DNA from: an uncultured Hellea sp.
GTDB taxonomy: Bacteria; Pseudomonadota; Alphaproteobacteria; Caulobacterales; Maricaulaceae
Length of the DNA: 64,000 bases
Assembly: GCA_964576765.1 (NCBI GenBank)
Contig: CAZNWH010000001.1
Coordinates: 15,451 to 79,450 of the forward strand
Direction: 5' to 3'
The translations under genes were made by a program, and so were the position numbers. The notes beneath the pieces were generated by a model. That model ran no database searches. It had not been told where the DNA came from and saw nothing but the letters and a program-made list of their open reading frames with translations. Numbering within the stretch: position 1 is the stretch's first letter; each line of letters opens with the position of its first letter. Below, piece after piece: positions 41,100-49,252 of the stretch.

Positions 41100-42913
41100 A
41101 AAATAAAGTAGTGAAAACCAGAAAGCGGATTCAGACACAGATAGCGCCCAAACCAATCGCAAGTGCGGTAAAAATGCTTCCCGTTGCCGATATGCATGTG
41201 AGTAAACTCAATATGCGGCACAGCAAGAAAGCCCCCAATATTGACGATATTTATCCAAGCATTTTAGCGGCAGGTGTCAATCAGTCCCTGCTTGTGCGCA
41301 AAGAGGGCAAAGGGTGGGGCGTGATTGCGGGACGCCGCCGACTATTTGCGCTAAAAAAGAAAGCGAACGAGACGGGCACACCCCAAAAAGCACCTTGCGT
41401 GATTATGGAAAGCGGCAATGTTAAAGCGGCCCGTGAGGCGTCCTTGCTTGAGAATGTGGCGCGGGTTCCCGCAACACAGCTTGAACAATTTGCGGCTTAT
41501 AAGGCTCTTGCAGATGCGGGCAAAGATGCCGCCGAGATCGGAATTGTCTTTGCCATCCCCGAAAAATCGGTGAAACGGGTCTTAGCCCTCGCTAATCTGC
41601 TCCCTGAAATCCTGTCCCTTTATGAAGCCGAGAAAATCAGAACGGGAACGGTTCAAGCCCTGACAATGGCCACCACCGAGCAACAGGGAAAATGGCTCGA
41701 GCTTTATCATAGTGATGATTACGCGCCGACAGATTATCACTTGAAAAACTGGCTCACAGGCGATGCGCAGATTGAAACCAAAGATGCGCTTTTTGATATG
41801 GCTGATTTTGACGGGGCTATCATCACAGACCTATTTGGCGATACCGAGTATTTTGCAGACCCCGACCAATTCTGGCCGCTCCAAAATACGGCGATTGCCG
41901 AGGCCGTGTCCGAATGGAAAGAACAGGGCTGGACTGATGTTATCGTGCTTGAACGCGGTTCGCGCTTTGACCGTTACGAGCACGGTAAGCGAGAGCGCGA
42001 AAATGGCGGTAAGATATATATCGAGGTTGGCCATGACGGAACGGTTACGCCTTATATTGGCTATCTGCCAAAGTCCGACATCAAGAAGATTGATAACATT
42101 CTTGGCCTGAATACGGACGGCAAACCCAAGGCCAAATCTTCAAAACCTGAAATGTCAGGCCCTATGGGACAATATATTGCTTTGCATCGTCACTCTGCCA
42201 TTCGTTCCGAATTGCTTGGCCATCCAAAGGTCGCGCTTCGATTGACTGTTGCCCATATGTTTGCAGGGTCACATCTGTGGAGCGTAGCACCGCAACCGAC
42301 CAAATCCCGAAAGGAGTCGACAACCGAATCTATTGCGGCAAGTAAAGGTGCTGATATTTTTGAAACCGAGCGCAAGGCGGTTTATGAGTTATTGGGGATA
42401 ACACCTTTTGACCACCCCTACAGCCCGTCCAAGCATTTAGCGGAGCAATCTATCCCGCAGATATTTGCACGGCTTTTGGAACTTGACGATGCCGTAGTGA
42501 TGCGGGCGATGACTTTGGCAATGTGCGAAAGTCTGACCCTAGATGCCGATGTTATCGAGGCAATTACCTATGCCGTCCCTGTGGACATGAGCAGCCTATG
42601 GGAACCCGATGATGCTTTCTTTGAAATCCTGCGCGATAAAGCCGTTATCAATGCAATGGTCAAAGACATTGCGGGTAAGTCTGTTGCGGACGGAGCTTTG
42701 ACCGAGACGGGCAAAAAACAAAAAGACATCATCCGCAACCGCATGGCGGGGCACGGGGTTAAAGAGGCTCGTCCCGATTGGCGTCCAAAGTGGATGCAGA
42801 TACCTGCGACCCCTTATCTTGATAAAGACACATGCCCACCCGCAAAGGCAGACGCCGCCGTATCGAAAGTGATGATGGCGAACCAGAAAAAGGATGCGGA
42901 TATTGCCGCCTAA
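41087..42913 (+). CDS. ParB/Spo0J N-terminal domain protein (long, leading-region type)
   Basis: GVNQSLLVR, VIAGRRRLFAL, ASLLENVAR, HTH; GGAGA RBS. Confidence 0.9.
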   Translation: MPKVKNKVVKTRKRIQTQIAPKPIASAVKMLPVADMHVSKLNMRHSKKAPNIDDIYPSILAAGVNQSLLVRKEGKGWGVIAGRRRLFALKKKANETGTPQKAPCVIMESGNVKAAREASLLENVARVPATQLEQFAAYKALADAGKDAAEIGIVFAIPEKSVKRVLALANLLPEILSLYEAEKIRTGTVQALTMATTEQQGKWLELYHSDDYAPTDYHLKNWLTGDAQIETKDALFDMADFDGAIITDLFGDTEYFADPDQFWPLQNTAIAEAVSEWKEQGWTDVIVLERGSRFDRYEHGKRERENGGKIYIEVGHDGTVTPYIGYLPKSDIKKIDNILGLNTDGKPKAKSSKPEMSGPMGQYIALHRHSAIRSELLGHPKVALRLTVAHMFAGSHLWSVAPQPTKSRKESTTESIAASKGADIFETERKAVYELLGITPFDHPYSPSKHLAEQSIPQIFARLLELDDAVVMRAMTLAMCESLTLDADVIEAITYAVPVDMSSLWEPDDAFFEILRDKAVINAMVKDIAGKSVADGALTETGKKQKDIIRNRMAGHGVKEARPDWRPKWMQIPATPYLDKDTCPPAKADAAVSKVMMANQKKDADIAA

Positions 42914-42961
42914 AGCCTAATGCGCTTGGCGCAATAGTCTCCAAACTTGCCAAGTGTAAGG

Positions 42962-42993
42962 GTCGCCGTGCTTCTGGCGCGGCGGCTTTTTTA
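42962..42993 (+). terminator. Intrinsic terminator after parB-like gene
   Basis: GTCGCCGTGC-TTCTG-GCGCGGCGGC followed by a T run. Confidence 0.75.
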
Positions 42994-43281
42994 TTGAGAC
43001 GAGTTCCGTTTTTTGATGGCGTCGTTAATCATGCCGACGCCCGTTTCAAAATGTTCAAGAATATCTTCAAGTTCCGTTTCAGTTTCTTCATCTGGTTGAG
43101 TAACGATACTGGTGGCTAAAATTCGCAGGAGTTCTTGAACTGAAATGGGGTCGAGTTCGATTTCAGGATCAAGTTCTTGAGGCTCAAAACTACCGTCTTG
43201 AATCACGGTTTCAAGCGCGAGATTGCCATTAGGCAACAGCATTAAATGTATTTTTTTCGTGTAGCCGCGTGGGTCTGCCAT
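42991..43281 (-). CDS. Hypothetical 96-aa acidic protein
   Basis: ATG 43281 with AAAGGGA RBS; 20 D/E vs 7 K/R. Confidence 0.65.
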   Translation of the reverse strand: MADPRGYTKKIHLMLLPNGNLALETVIQDGSFEPQELDPEIELDPISVQELLRILATSIVTQPDEETETELEDILEHFETGVGMINDAIKKRNSSQ

Positions 43282-43793
43282 ACGAATTATCCCTTTCAGG
43301 TAATGTTGGCCGTAAAGTGATAAACCTTGATTTTCAAAAAATAGCAAGAGCGCCAAATCTTAGGCTCTGGCATTGGCAGAGGTTTGATTGTCCAATTTAC
43401 CCAATTACATATGGCTTTCAGACAGGTTGTTACCTCTAAAATAATTTTGAAATAATGCTTGTTTACGTCCCTTATCGTCCTGGTTTCAATCACATCATCC
43501 GAAAGCCGGATGCTGCTAAGATAGAGAACCGTAGGACTCTATGCGCGCCGTTTGGGCCAGAGCCTTGGACATTAAACACGCCATCCGGCCAGAGCCGAAT
43601 GTGCATTGCTGTCCTAAGACGCGCCCTCGACAGGCCGTCTACGGTTTTCAAAGGGGCTTAGCAGTCCCCACGTTTTGATTTTGCAAAACGCAAATAAGAG
43701 ATAGGGCAGTTTGATAGGCCGCGCAACAAATCTTGGCCTTAATAAACCCGCCCAATATCTCTATCAGGCGGGCCTTTTTGAAGCGGGTTTCGC

Positions 43794-44123
43794 TTAGGGG
43801 CGGGGGTTCCAGACCATAGCGAATTTCTTCTCTTTTGTGTCTTTGACACGGCCCAGATTGGCATAGACCTTACGGTCAGAAATATTGGGGTGTTCAAAGG
43901 TCGAGGCAAATATAAGGTTTCCCGGAAGTTTCGCCCGCGCGGTTCCAGCCCGCGCCGACTTCCGCCAGACGTACGCCGAAGAAACGAAGTCAGGCTCCTG
44001 TGCCTTCATTAGTTTCGGAACACATTGGTGAGAACTCTTAAGGCGATCACTAACGCCCATCGCTAACATACCTTCGAAATTTCCGTTGTCAGTTCGCGTA
44101 ATATATCCAATCACATTGGTCAT
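43794..44123 (-). pseudogene. Inverted, internally frameshifted copy of the DUF736 gene (likely a structural pairing arm)
   Basis: N- and C-termini match 44426-44752; five single-base indels scramble the middle; spacing upstream of the ATG altered. Confidence 0.8.
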
Positions 44124-44425
44124 CGGGTTTTAATCGTCGGTTCCATTCGTTTGTCACATCCGGGCCAATTCCCTGCTACCCACCCTTAAATGAGCAGACA
44201 GATAAAAACCCTCCAACCCGTCAGGCCAACTATTTTCCTAGGCCGCAGAGCGACCTTATCGCGAAACAAAATAGTTTTCCTTCACAGGTGCAAACGCTAA
44301 TGGCGTTTGGCCTCCTTTATTTTTTGATTTTTATGGAAGGCGTTCTGGGCTTTTCTCTGCCCGCTTTCATTTGGGTGTCAGCAAGGGGATTGGCCCCGAC
44401 GCGACAAACAAATGGAGACTGAACC

Positions 44426-44752
44426 ATGTCCAAAGCAATTGGATATATTACACAAACTGACAACGGAAATTTCGAAGGCATGTTAGCGATGGGCGTCAAT
44501 GAACGCATCAAAGTTATCGCCAATGAGTCCAAAACTCCGAAGTCACAAGAGCCTGACTTTCGCATCTTCGGCGAACGTCTGGCGGAAGTGGGCGCAGGCT
44601 GGAACCGCACGGGCGAAACATCAGGGAAAGCCTATATCTCCCTGACCTTTGAACACCCCAATATTTCTGACCGTAAGGTCTATGCCAATCTGGGCCGTGT
44701 CAAAGGCACAAAAGAGAAGAAATTCGCCATGGTCTGGAACCCCCGCACCTAA
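44426..44752 (+). CDS. DUF736 family protein
   Basis: IGY..FEG, PDFRIF...EVGAGW...SGKAYISLTFEHP...YANL...MVWNP; GGAGA RBS. Confidence 0.88.
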   Translation: MSKAIGYITQTDNGNFEGMLAMGVNERIKVIANESKTPKSQEPDFRIFGERLAEVGAGWNRTGETSGKAYISLTFEHPNISDRKVYANLGRVKGTKEKKFAMVWNPRT

Positions 44753-44772
44753 GCGAAACCTCTTCAAGACGG

Positions 44773-44803
44773 CCCGCCTGATAGAAATATCGGGCGGGTT
44801 TTT
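44773..44803 (+). terminator. Intrinsic terminator of the DUF736 gene
   Basis: CCCGCCTGATA-GAAA-TATCGGGCGGG-TTTTT. Confidence 0.85.
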
Positions 44804-44857
44804 ATGCCAAAACCTATCTAAATAGTTGCAATTTTGCATAGCACGTTTCAAGCAAAA

Positions 44858-45667
44858 ATGGTAGTCAAAACCATGTCGGTAAAAGTGATTCAAAATATCT
44901 CTCCTTGGCATACCTATCCGTCTTGTACATGGGAGGTTTTGCGGCGAATAGAGTCCTATAAAAACCTCTATAAAAGCCTAGATTTACAGGGTTTTGAGAC
45001 GATCTCATTGGGAAGGAGTGCGAGCTGTATAGTCAGCCATAATTACTATCCTGAATTCGAAAAATACGGTCTATTATTCCCTGCAGACCCGGAGCTTTCA
45101 GCAGTAAATGCGCCGGTATTTTGGCACCCAAACCGCTTCCAAAATGTGGTCAGATTCCTTGTTATTCCAGAGGATAAAATAGACCCAAATGGCCTTACTA
45201 TTAATATCTCTGAATTTCCGGCACACCGCACCCATTTTAAAGCGCCTGACGGGGCGCATCATATACGGTTTTTAGGCGAAAAATTCTGGTTTCAACTCAG
45301 GTGTGCTGACCTGAATTTGGTCGACGAAAATGTGCATATTGGAATAGAAATAGACCGCGTAAATGATCTCGAAAAACGGCTCAAAACAGTGTCACAAATC
45401 GCAGGTATTTATGACGGCTCTATTGATATTTCAGCGCCGTTGCACACGCCTAAACGTCCTGATTTACACGAAAGTTCCACGCGTGTTTACGATATTCGAG
45501 CCGCTGGCGGAACATGGAAGGACGCAATTAATGCGCACTTCGGAGAAGATTATTTAAAAAATGATCCGGATGAATTTCAGTCCGCACGAACGACAGTGAG
45601 AAATAATTATACCCGCGTAGAATCCTATATTTACGGGAAATTTTTGAAGATTTTAGATCAAACATGA
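44858..45667 (+). CDS. FseA-like transcriptional activator (DUF6499 + DUF2285), single frame
   Basis: WEVLRR (cf. AWEFLRR), YGLLFPADP..APVFWHP, C-terminal HTH-like VYDIRAAGGTWKD; lies before rdfS-like gene; start uncertain. Confidence 0.75.
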   Translation: MVVKTMSVKVIQNISPWHTYPSCTWEVLRRIESYKNLYKSLDLQGFETISLGRSASCIVSHNYYPEFEKYGLLFPADPELSAVNAPVFWHPNRFQNVVRFLVIPEDKIDPNGLTINISEFPAHRTHFKAPDGAHHIRFLGEKFWFQLRCADLNLVDENVHIGIEIDRVNDLEKRLKTVSQIAGIYDGSIDISAPLHTPKRPDLHESSTRVYDIRAAGGTWKDAINAHFGEDYLKNDPDEFQSARTTVRNNYTRVESYIYGKFLKILDQT

Positions 45668-45810
45668 CCGTCAAAATTATTGAAACAGTCAATGAAATCA
45701 GAGGGGTGCTAAATCTAACAGTGTAATTTTAACCATTCACAACACCTCAAAAATATGCACCGATTCGCAATGTGGGAAGATAGATACACTGTCAACCACG
45801 TGAAAAGTGA

Positions 45811-46050
45811 ATGGATTTTATCGTGGGACGCGACTTGGAATGCCCTTTTGTTGATGTTGAGGAAGCCGCAAAGTTTCTCCATCTGGAGCCAAAGACATTA
45901 CAGAATATGCGATGGAATGGTATGGGGCCAAAATACCGAAAACATGGCCGAAAAGTTGTGTATCACAAAGACGATCTGTTCTCTTGGTCACTCGGAAATG
46001 AAATAAGCCAATCTGTAGGCCGCACTGAAAAGACCCCGCAACGTGTGTGA
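45811..46050 (+). CDS. RdfS/AlpA-like HTH excisionase (recombination directionality factor)
   Basis: EAAKFLHLEPKTLQNMRWNGMGPKYRKHGRKVVYHKDDL. Confidence 0.85.
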   Translation: MDFIVGRDLECPFVDVEEAAKFLHLEPKTLQNMRWNGMGPKYRKHGRKVVYHKDDLFSWSLGNEISQSVGRTEKTPQRV

Positions 46051-46489
46051 GAATTATACAATTGTCACTGAGCACATTGTTCGGGGTCTATGTAATCACC
46101 GACTTAGATTTGGCGTTAGCCAATCCGTAATCAATCGCCCAAACGGCATTACGCTCCACGCATTTGAGCCGCGCCAAACATTTGGCATGGTACGCTGGAA
46201 ACGCAATGACTTTGGCACAATTCTTTGGAATTTATACATATGTGAGGCCGCGGGATCGGGGCGCATAACGGAAATTCCGGGCGTGATTCCCGGTGCCCAT
46301 TTACTCTTTCGATCACGAGGGACGAAGGCTACGCGGCGCTTACTTGCTCGCCTGACAAGGCTTGAGAAAAGGATTGGCGGCGATCTTTCCGTCATTCCGG
46401 CAAATTACTGGCGCAAATACAATGATACTGAATTTAGGCGTGAAAAAGCACCAGTCGTAAATCCAATTCTTGAGTGTTCCGATGCTTAG
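46043..46489 (+). CDS. DUF2840 domain protein
   Basis: NHRLRFG, FGMVRWKRNDFGT, IPGVIPGA; conserved position before traF. Confidence 0.82.
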   Translation: MCENYTIVTEHIVRGLCNHRLRFGVSQSVINRPNGITLHAFEPRQTFGMVRWKRNDFGTILWNLYICEAAGSGRITEIPGVIPGAHLLFRSRGTKATRRLLARLTRLEKRIGGDLSVIPANYWRKYNDTEFRREKAPVVNPILECSDA

Positions 46490-47027
46490 AAACGCGGTTA
46501 TTGCCATGATAATGACCGGCGCGGTTATCGCCACGGCGAGCGATATGGTATTTCCGCCTAAACCGATATTGATTTACAATCCAAGCGCCAGTGCGCCTAT
46601 CGGATTTTACCGCTTAAAGAAAAATACTCTTCCCAAATTAGAGTCTCAGGTCGCCGCCTATGCGCCGGATTGGGCCCGAAAAATGGCGGATGAACGCGGA
46701 TATTTACCCTATGACTACCCTCTGATTAAGACGGTATGGGCGGTAGAGGGGGACGAGGTTTGTTACAATAATCATTCGGTTAGCGTCCCAAGACATCCTG
46801 TTATCTCTGTGCAGGCGCAGGATGGTTTGGGGCGCGATATGCCGGTCAGGTCGGGGTGTGCAACCCTTAAAGCCGGTGAATATTTTCTGGTGTCCCCGGA
46901 TGTGCAGACCGGATTTGATAGTCGATATTTTGGACCTGTCGGCGTTGAAAATATCATTGGAACTGTAGAGTTTTTGGGAAATTCAGATTCCGCCAATTCG
47001 GTTAAAACGGGAGAATTAGGGGGGTGA
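46482..47027 (+). CDS. traF: S26 family conjugal transfer peptidase TraF
   Basis: YNPSASAPIGFY, LIKTV, FDSRYFGPV. Confidence 0.9.
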   Translation: MLRNAVIAMIMTGAVIATASDMVFPPKPILIYNPSASAPIGFYRLKKNTLPKLESQVAAYAPDWARKMADERGYLPYDYPLIKTVWAVEGDEVCYNNHSVSVPRHPVISVQAQDGLGRDMPVRSGCATLKAGEYFLVSPDVQTGFDSRYFGPVGVENIIGTVEFLGNSDSANSVKTGELGG

Positions 47028-47039
47028 GTGTGGATTGGC

Positions 47040-47195
47040 GGAATATGCAAGATAAAAGGGCTGGGCCTGTCAGCCCTAAGCCATTGTCTGCACATCGTTT
47101 TTTCCGGGCCACCTCTTTGGAGGGTGGCCCAAGGTATTCTTCGCAAACCCCCATGGGAGTGGGGCCAGAGGGCGGGCCACCTGCGAGAATGCTAG
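47040..47195 (-). other. Predicted oriT with MOBP-type nic site (TATCTTG^C, nick between 47048 and 47047 on minus strand)
   Basis: One mismatch from the RP4 TATCCTG^C nic core; adjacent IR GGGCTG..CAGCCC (47058-47077) on its 5' side; more IRs to 47192; directly upstream of relaxase. Confidence 0.7.
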
Positions 47196-47217
47196 GTTTT
47201 TGCGGGGTTTTAGGATT

Positions 47218-49143
47218 ATGAGCGGTCGCGGCGAAAATCCATTCAATGTGAAACTCGGTAAGATATTTGCGCCCAGCGGGACAGGGCAGTTCTTGAGTCT
47301 GGCAGGCCGGGTTAAGCAAGCTGCGCGCGCGGGGTCAAAAAGAAAATCCGGCGGGGGGCGTTCGCGGTTCACACCGCAGGCAGAAGATATGTTTGTGCGC
47401 CGGGTTGTTGTGAAAGTCAGTCTTGTGCGTTTGGGAACGAAAGAGCTGGGCTATATGAAGCAGCACTTGGGCTATATTGAACGCGAGGGCGCGGGCCGTG
47501 AGGACGGCAAAGGTGTTTTGTATGATGATAATGGCATTGCGCCGGATCGATCCGAGTTTGAAGAGAGTTTCAAAGAAGACCGTCATTACTTCAAAATCAT
47601 CGTCTCTCCCGAAGATAGTAAAGACATGTCAAACCTCACCGGGTTTACGCGCGATTTTATGCGGCACATGGAGCGTGATCTTGAAACGAAATTAGAATGG
47701 GTGGCTGCCGATCATTATGATACGGCTGTGCCGCATACCCATATTGTTCTGCGAGGTAAAAAGGATGACGGTAAAGACCTTGTCATTCCCCGAAAATATA
47801 TCGCCCATGGCATGCGCGATCTGGCAGAAGAGCTCGTGACAAAAGAATTGGGCTATGTTCGGCAAATGGATGCGGCCATGAAGCTCGCCGCAATGGTTCC
47901 CCAGCAAAGATATACATTGCTGGATCGTAGCTTCGTCAATCAAGCCAAAGATAATATCCTCGATTTAACGGCGGGACCGCAGGCCGGGTCTGAAGCCATA
48001 TGGCGCATGGATATGGGCCGGCTTAAAAAACTTGGCCAAATGGGACTTGCCCAGAAAACAGGACGGCGCATCTGGAAACTTGATGAAGCGTTTGAGCGTA
48101 CCTTGCGCCGTATGGGCGAGCGCGGCGATATGATTAGAACCTATCAGCGCGCGATGAGCGAGGCCAAATTATCACGCCCAGTCTACAACGATGAGATTTA
48201 CGACCCGTTTGATGCTAAAGCCGCGCCTGTTGTTGGGCAGGTCATAAAAGCCGGCATCCGTGATGATGTGAATGATCGAAGTTATTTGGTTCTCGATACA
48301 ATAAATGGGGAAGCCCTTTATTTGGATGCAGGGGCGTCGTCCAATATCGAAGATGTTAAGCGCGGCATGATTGTTGAGGTTCGTCCAAAATCGATCACGC
48401 CTCGGCCTTCGGATTACACGATTGACAATATCGCGCATAAGCGCGGGGGACATTACAGCGCTAGCGCTCATATGGATGAAGATAGCGGAGCAAGACCACA
48501 GTTCATTGAAGCCCATATCAGGCGGCTTGAAGCCATGCGCCGCGCGGGTCATGCCGACCGTAATAGTGACGGAACGTGGAAGGTACCCGGGGACTATCTG
48601 AAACGCGCGACCCGTTTTGAAAAATCAAAGGCGTTTTCTAATCCAGTGGACATTCGTATTGTGTCCAATGGGCCGCTCAAGACACTCGCAAAAACAATGG
48701 GCCGAACATGGCTTGATGAACAGCTCCAACTTCCGGGTTCGGGAGAGGCGCCGGAAGGGTTTGGAGAGGATGTTGAAAGTGCCAAAGTCTTGCGCCGAAA
48801 GTTCCTGCTTGATGAAGCGATCATAGAAAAACTTGATGAGCGTCTGACCGCGGAGCATTTACAGACATTGGAAGCGCGAGACATCGCAGATGCAGCCGGA
48901 GATATTTCTGACGAGCTGGGTAAACCATATAGTCACACACCTTTACGCGGTAAAATAAGCGGGAAGTATCTCAAGGCAATTGACCGTCCTAGCGGGCGAT
49001 ACGGAATTATTGAGAGGTCAAAAGATTTTACGCTGGTGCCGTGGAGAGAGACATTAGAACGAAATAAAGGCCGGACGGTCACCGGCGATATTAGCGGGCG
49101 TTCAATTTCTTGGACGCTCACTAACGGCAGAGACCTTTCTTAG
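47218..49143 (+). CDS. VirD2-like/RlxS relaxase with DUF3363 domain (MOBP)
   Basis: RRVVVK, HLGYIEREG, FKIIVSPED, ADHYDTAVPHTHIVLRG (HUH), FTLVPW. Confidence 0.93.
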   Translation: MSGRGENPFNVKLGKIFAPSGTGQFLSLAGRVKQAARAGSKRKSGGGRSRFTPQAEDMFVRRVVVKVSLVRLGTKELGYMKQHLGYIEREGAGREDGKGVLYDDNGIAPDRSEFEESFKEDRHYFKIIVSPEDSKDMSNLTGFTRDFMRHMERDLETKLEWVAADHYDTAVPHTHIVLRGKKDDGKDLVIPRKYIAHGMRDLAEELVTKELGYVRQMDAAMKLAAMVPQQRYTLLDRSFVNQAKDNILDLTAGPQAGSEAIWRMDMGRLKKLGQMGLAQKTGRRIWKLDEAFERTLRRMGERGDMIRTYQRAMSEAKLSRPVYNDEIYDPFDAKAAPVVGQVIKAGIRDDVNDRSYLVLDTINGEALYLDAGASSNIEDVKRGMIVEVRPKSITPRPSDYTIDNIAHKRGGHYSASAHMDEDSGARPQFIEAHIRRLEAMRRAGHADRNSDGTWKVPGDYLKRATRFEKSKAFSNPVDIRIVSNGPLKTLAKTMGRTWLDEQLQLPGSGEAPEGFGEDVESAKVLRRKFLLDEAIIEKLDERLTAEHLQTLEARDIADAAGDISDELGKPYSHTPLRGKISGKYLKAIDRPSGRYGIIERSKDFTLVPWRETLERNKGRTVTGDISGRSISWTLTNGRDLS

Positions 49144-49165
49144 TTCCAATAATGAGGAAAGAAAA

Positions 49166-49243
49166 ATGAAAATACATGAAGCAATGGGATTGGGTGTTCT
49201 CGCCGCTTTAATAGCGTCATGCGGTGCATCACTTGGAAACTAG
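49166..49243 (+). CDS. 25-aa ORF consisting of a lipoprotein signal peptide (mini-lipoprotein or remnant)
   Basis: GAGGA RBS; MKIHEAMGLGVLAALIASCGASLGN*. Confidence 0.45.
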   Translation: MKIHEAMGLGVLAALIASCGASLGN

Positions 49244-49252
49244 GTAATTATT

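Larger units (their letters stand above)
43680..44840. repeat. Long imperfect inverted repeat: arms ~43731-44211 and ~44347-44811, weak extension to ~43680/44838, ~135-bp loop
   Basis: Manual alignment: ~88% identity over the CDS, 62-bp perfect stretch (right arm 44644-44705); covers upstream region, CDS and terminator of the DUF736 gene. Confidence 0.97.

Noticed and set aside
43731..44211. Left arm as an antisense RNA against DUF736 mRNA
   Set aside because: A plus-strand transcript pairing with the mRNA would have A-C mismatches at the biased positions, not G-U. Disfavoured, although a minus-strand RNA hairpin is not excluded.
43731..44811. Diversity-generating retroelement TR/VR pair
   Set aside because: No reverse transcriptase in the window; differences include many C->T changes and indels, so they are not adenine-specific; the repeat covers a whole gene plus terminator.
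43731..44811. Assembly or fold-back read artefact
   Set aside because: Arms differ by ~12% with a directional substitution bias and a unique structured spacer; an artefact should be near-identical or have unbiased errors. Long-read confirmation is still advisable.
45700..45750. FseA-binding inverted repeat (GAGGGGTG...CACCTC) upstream of the rdfS-like gene
   Set aside because: Too short and imperfect to support by eye.
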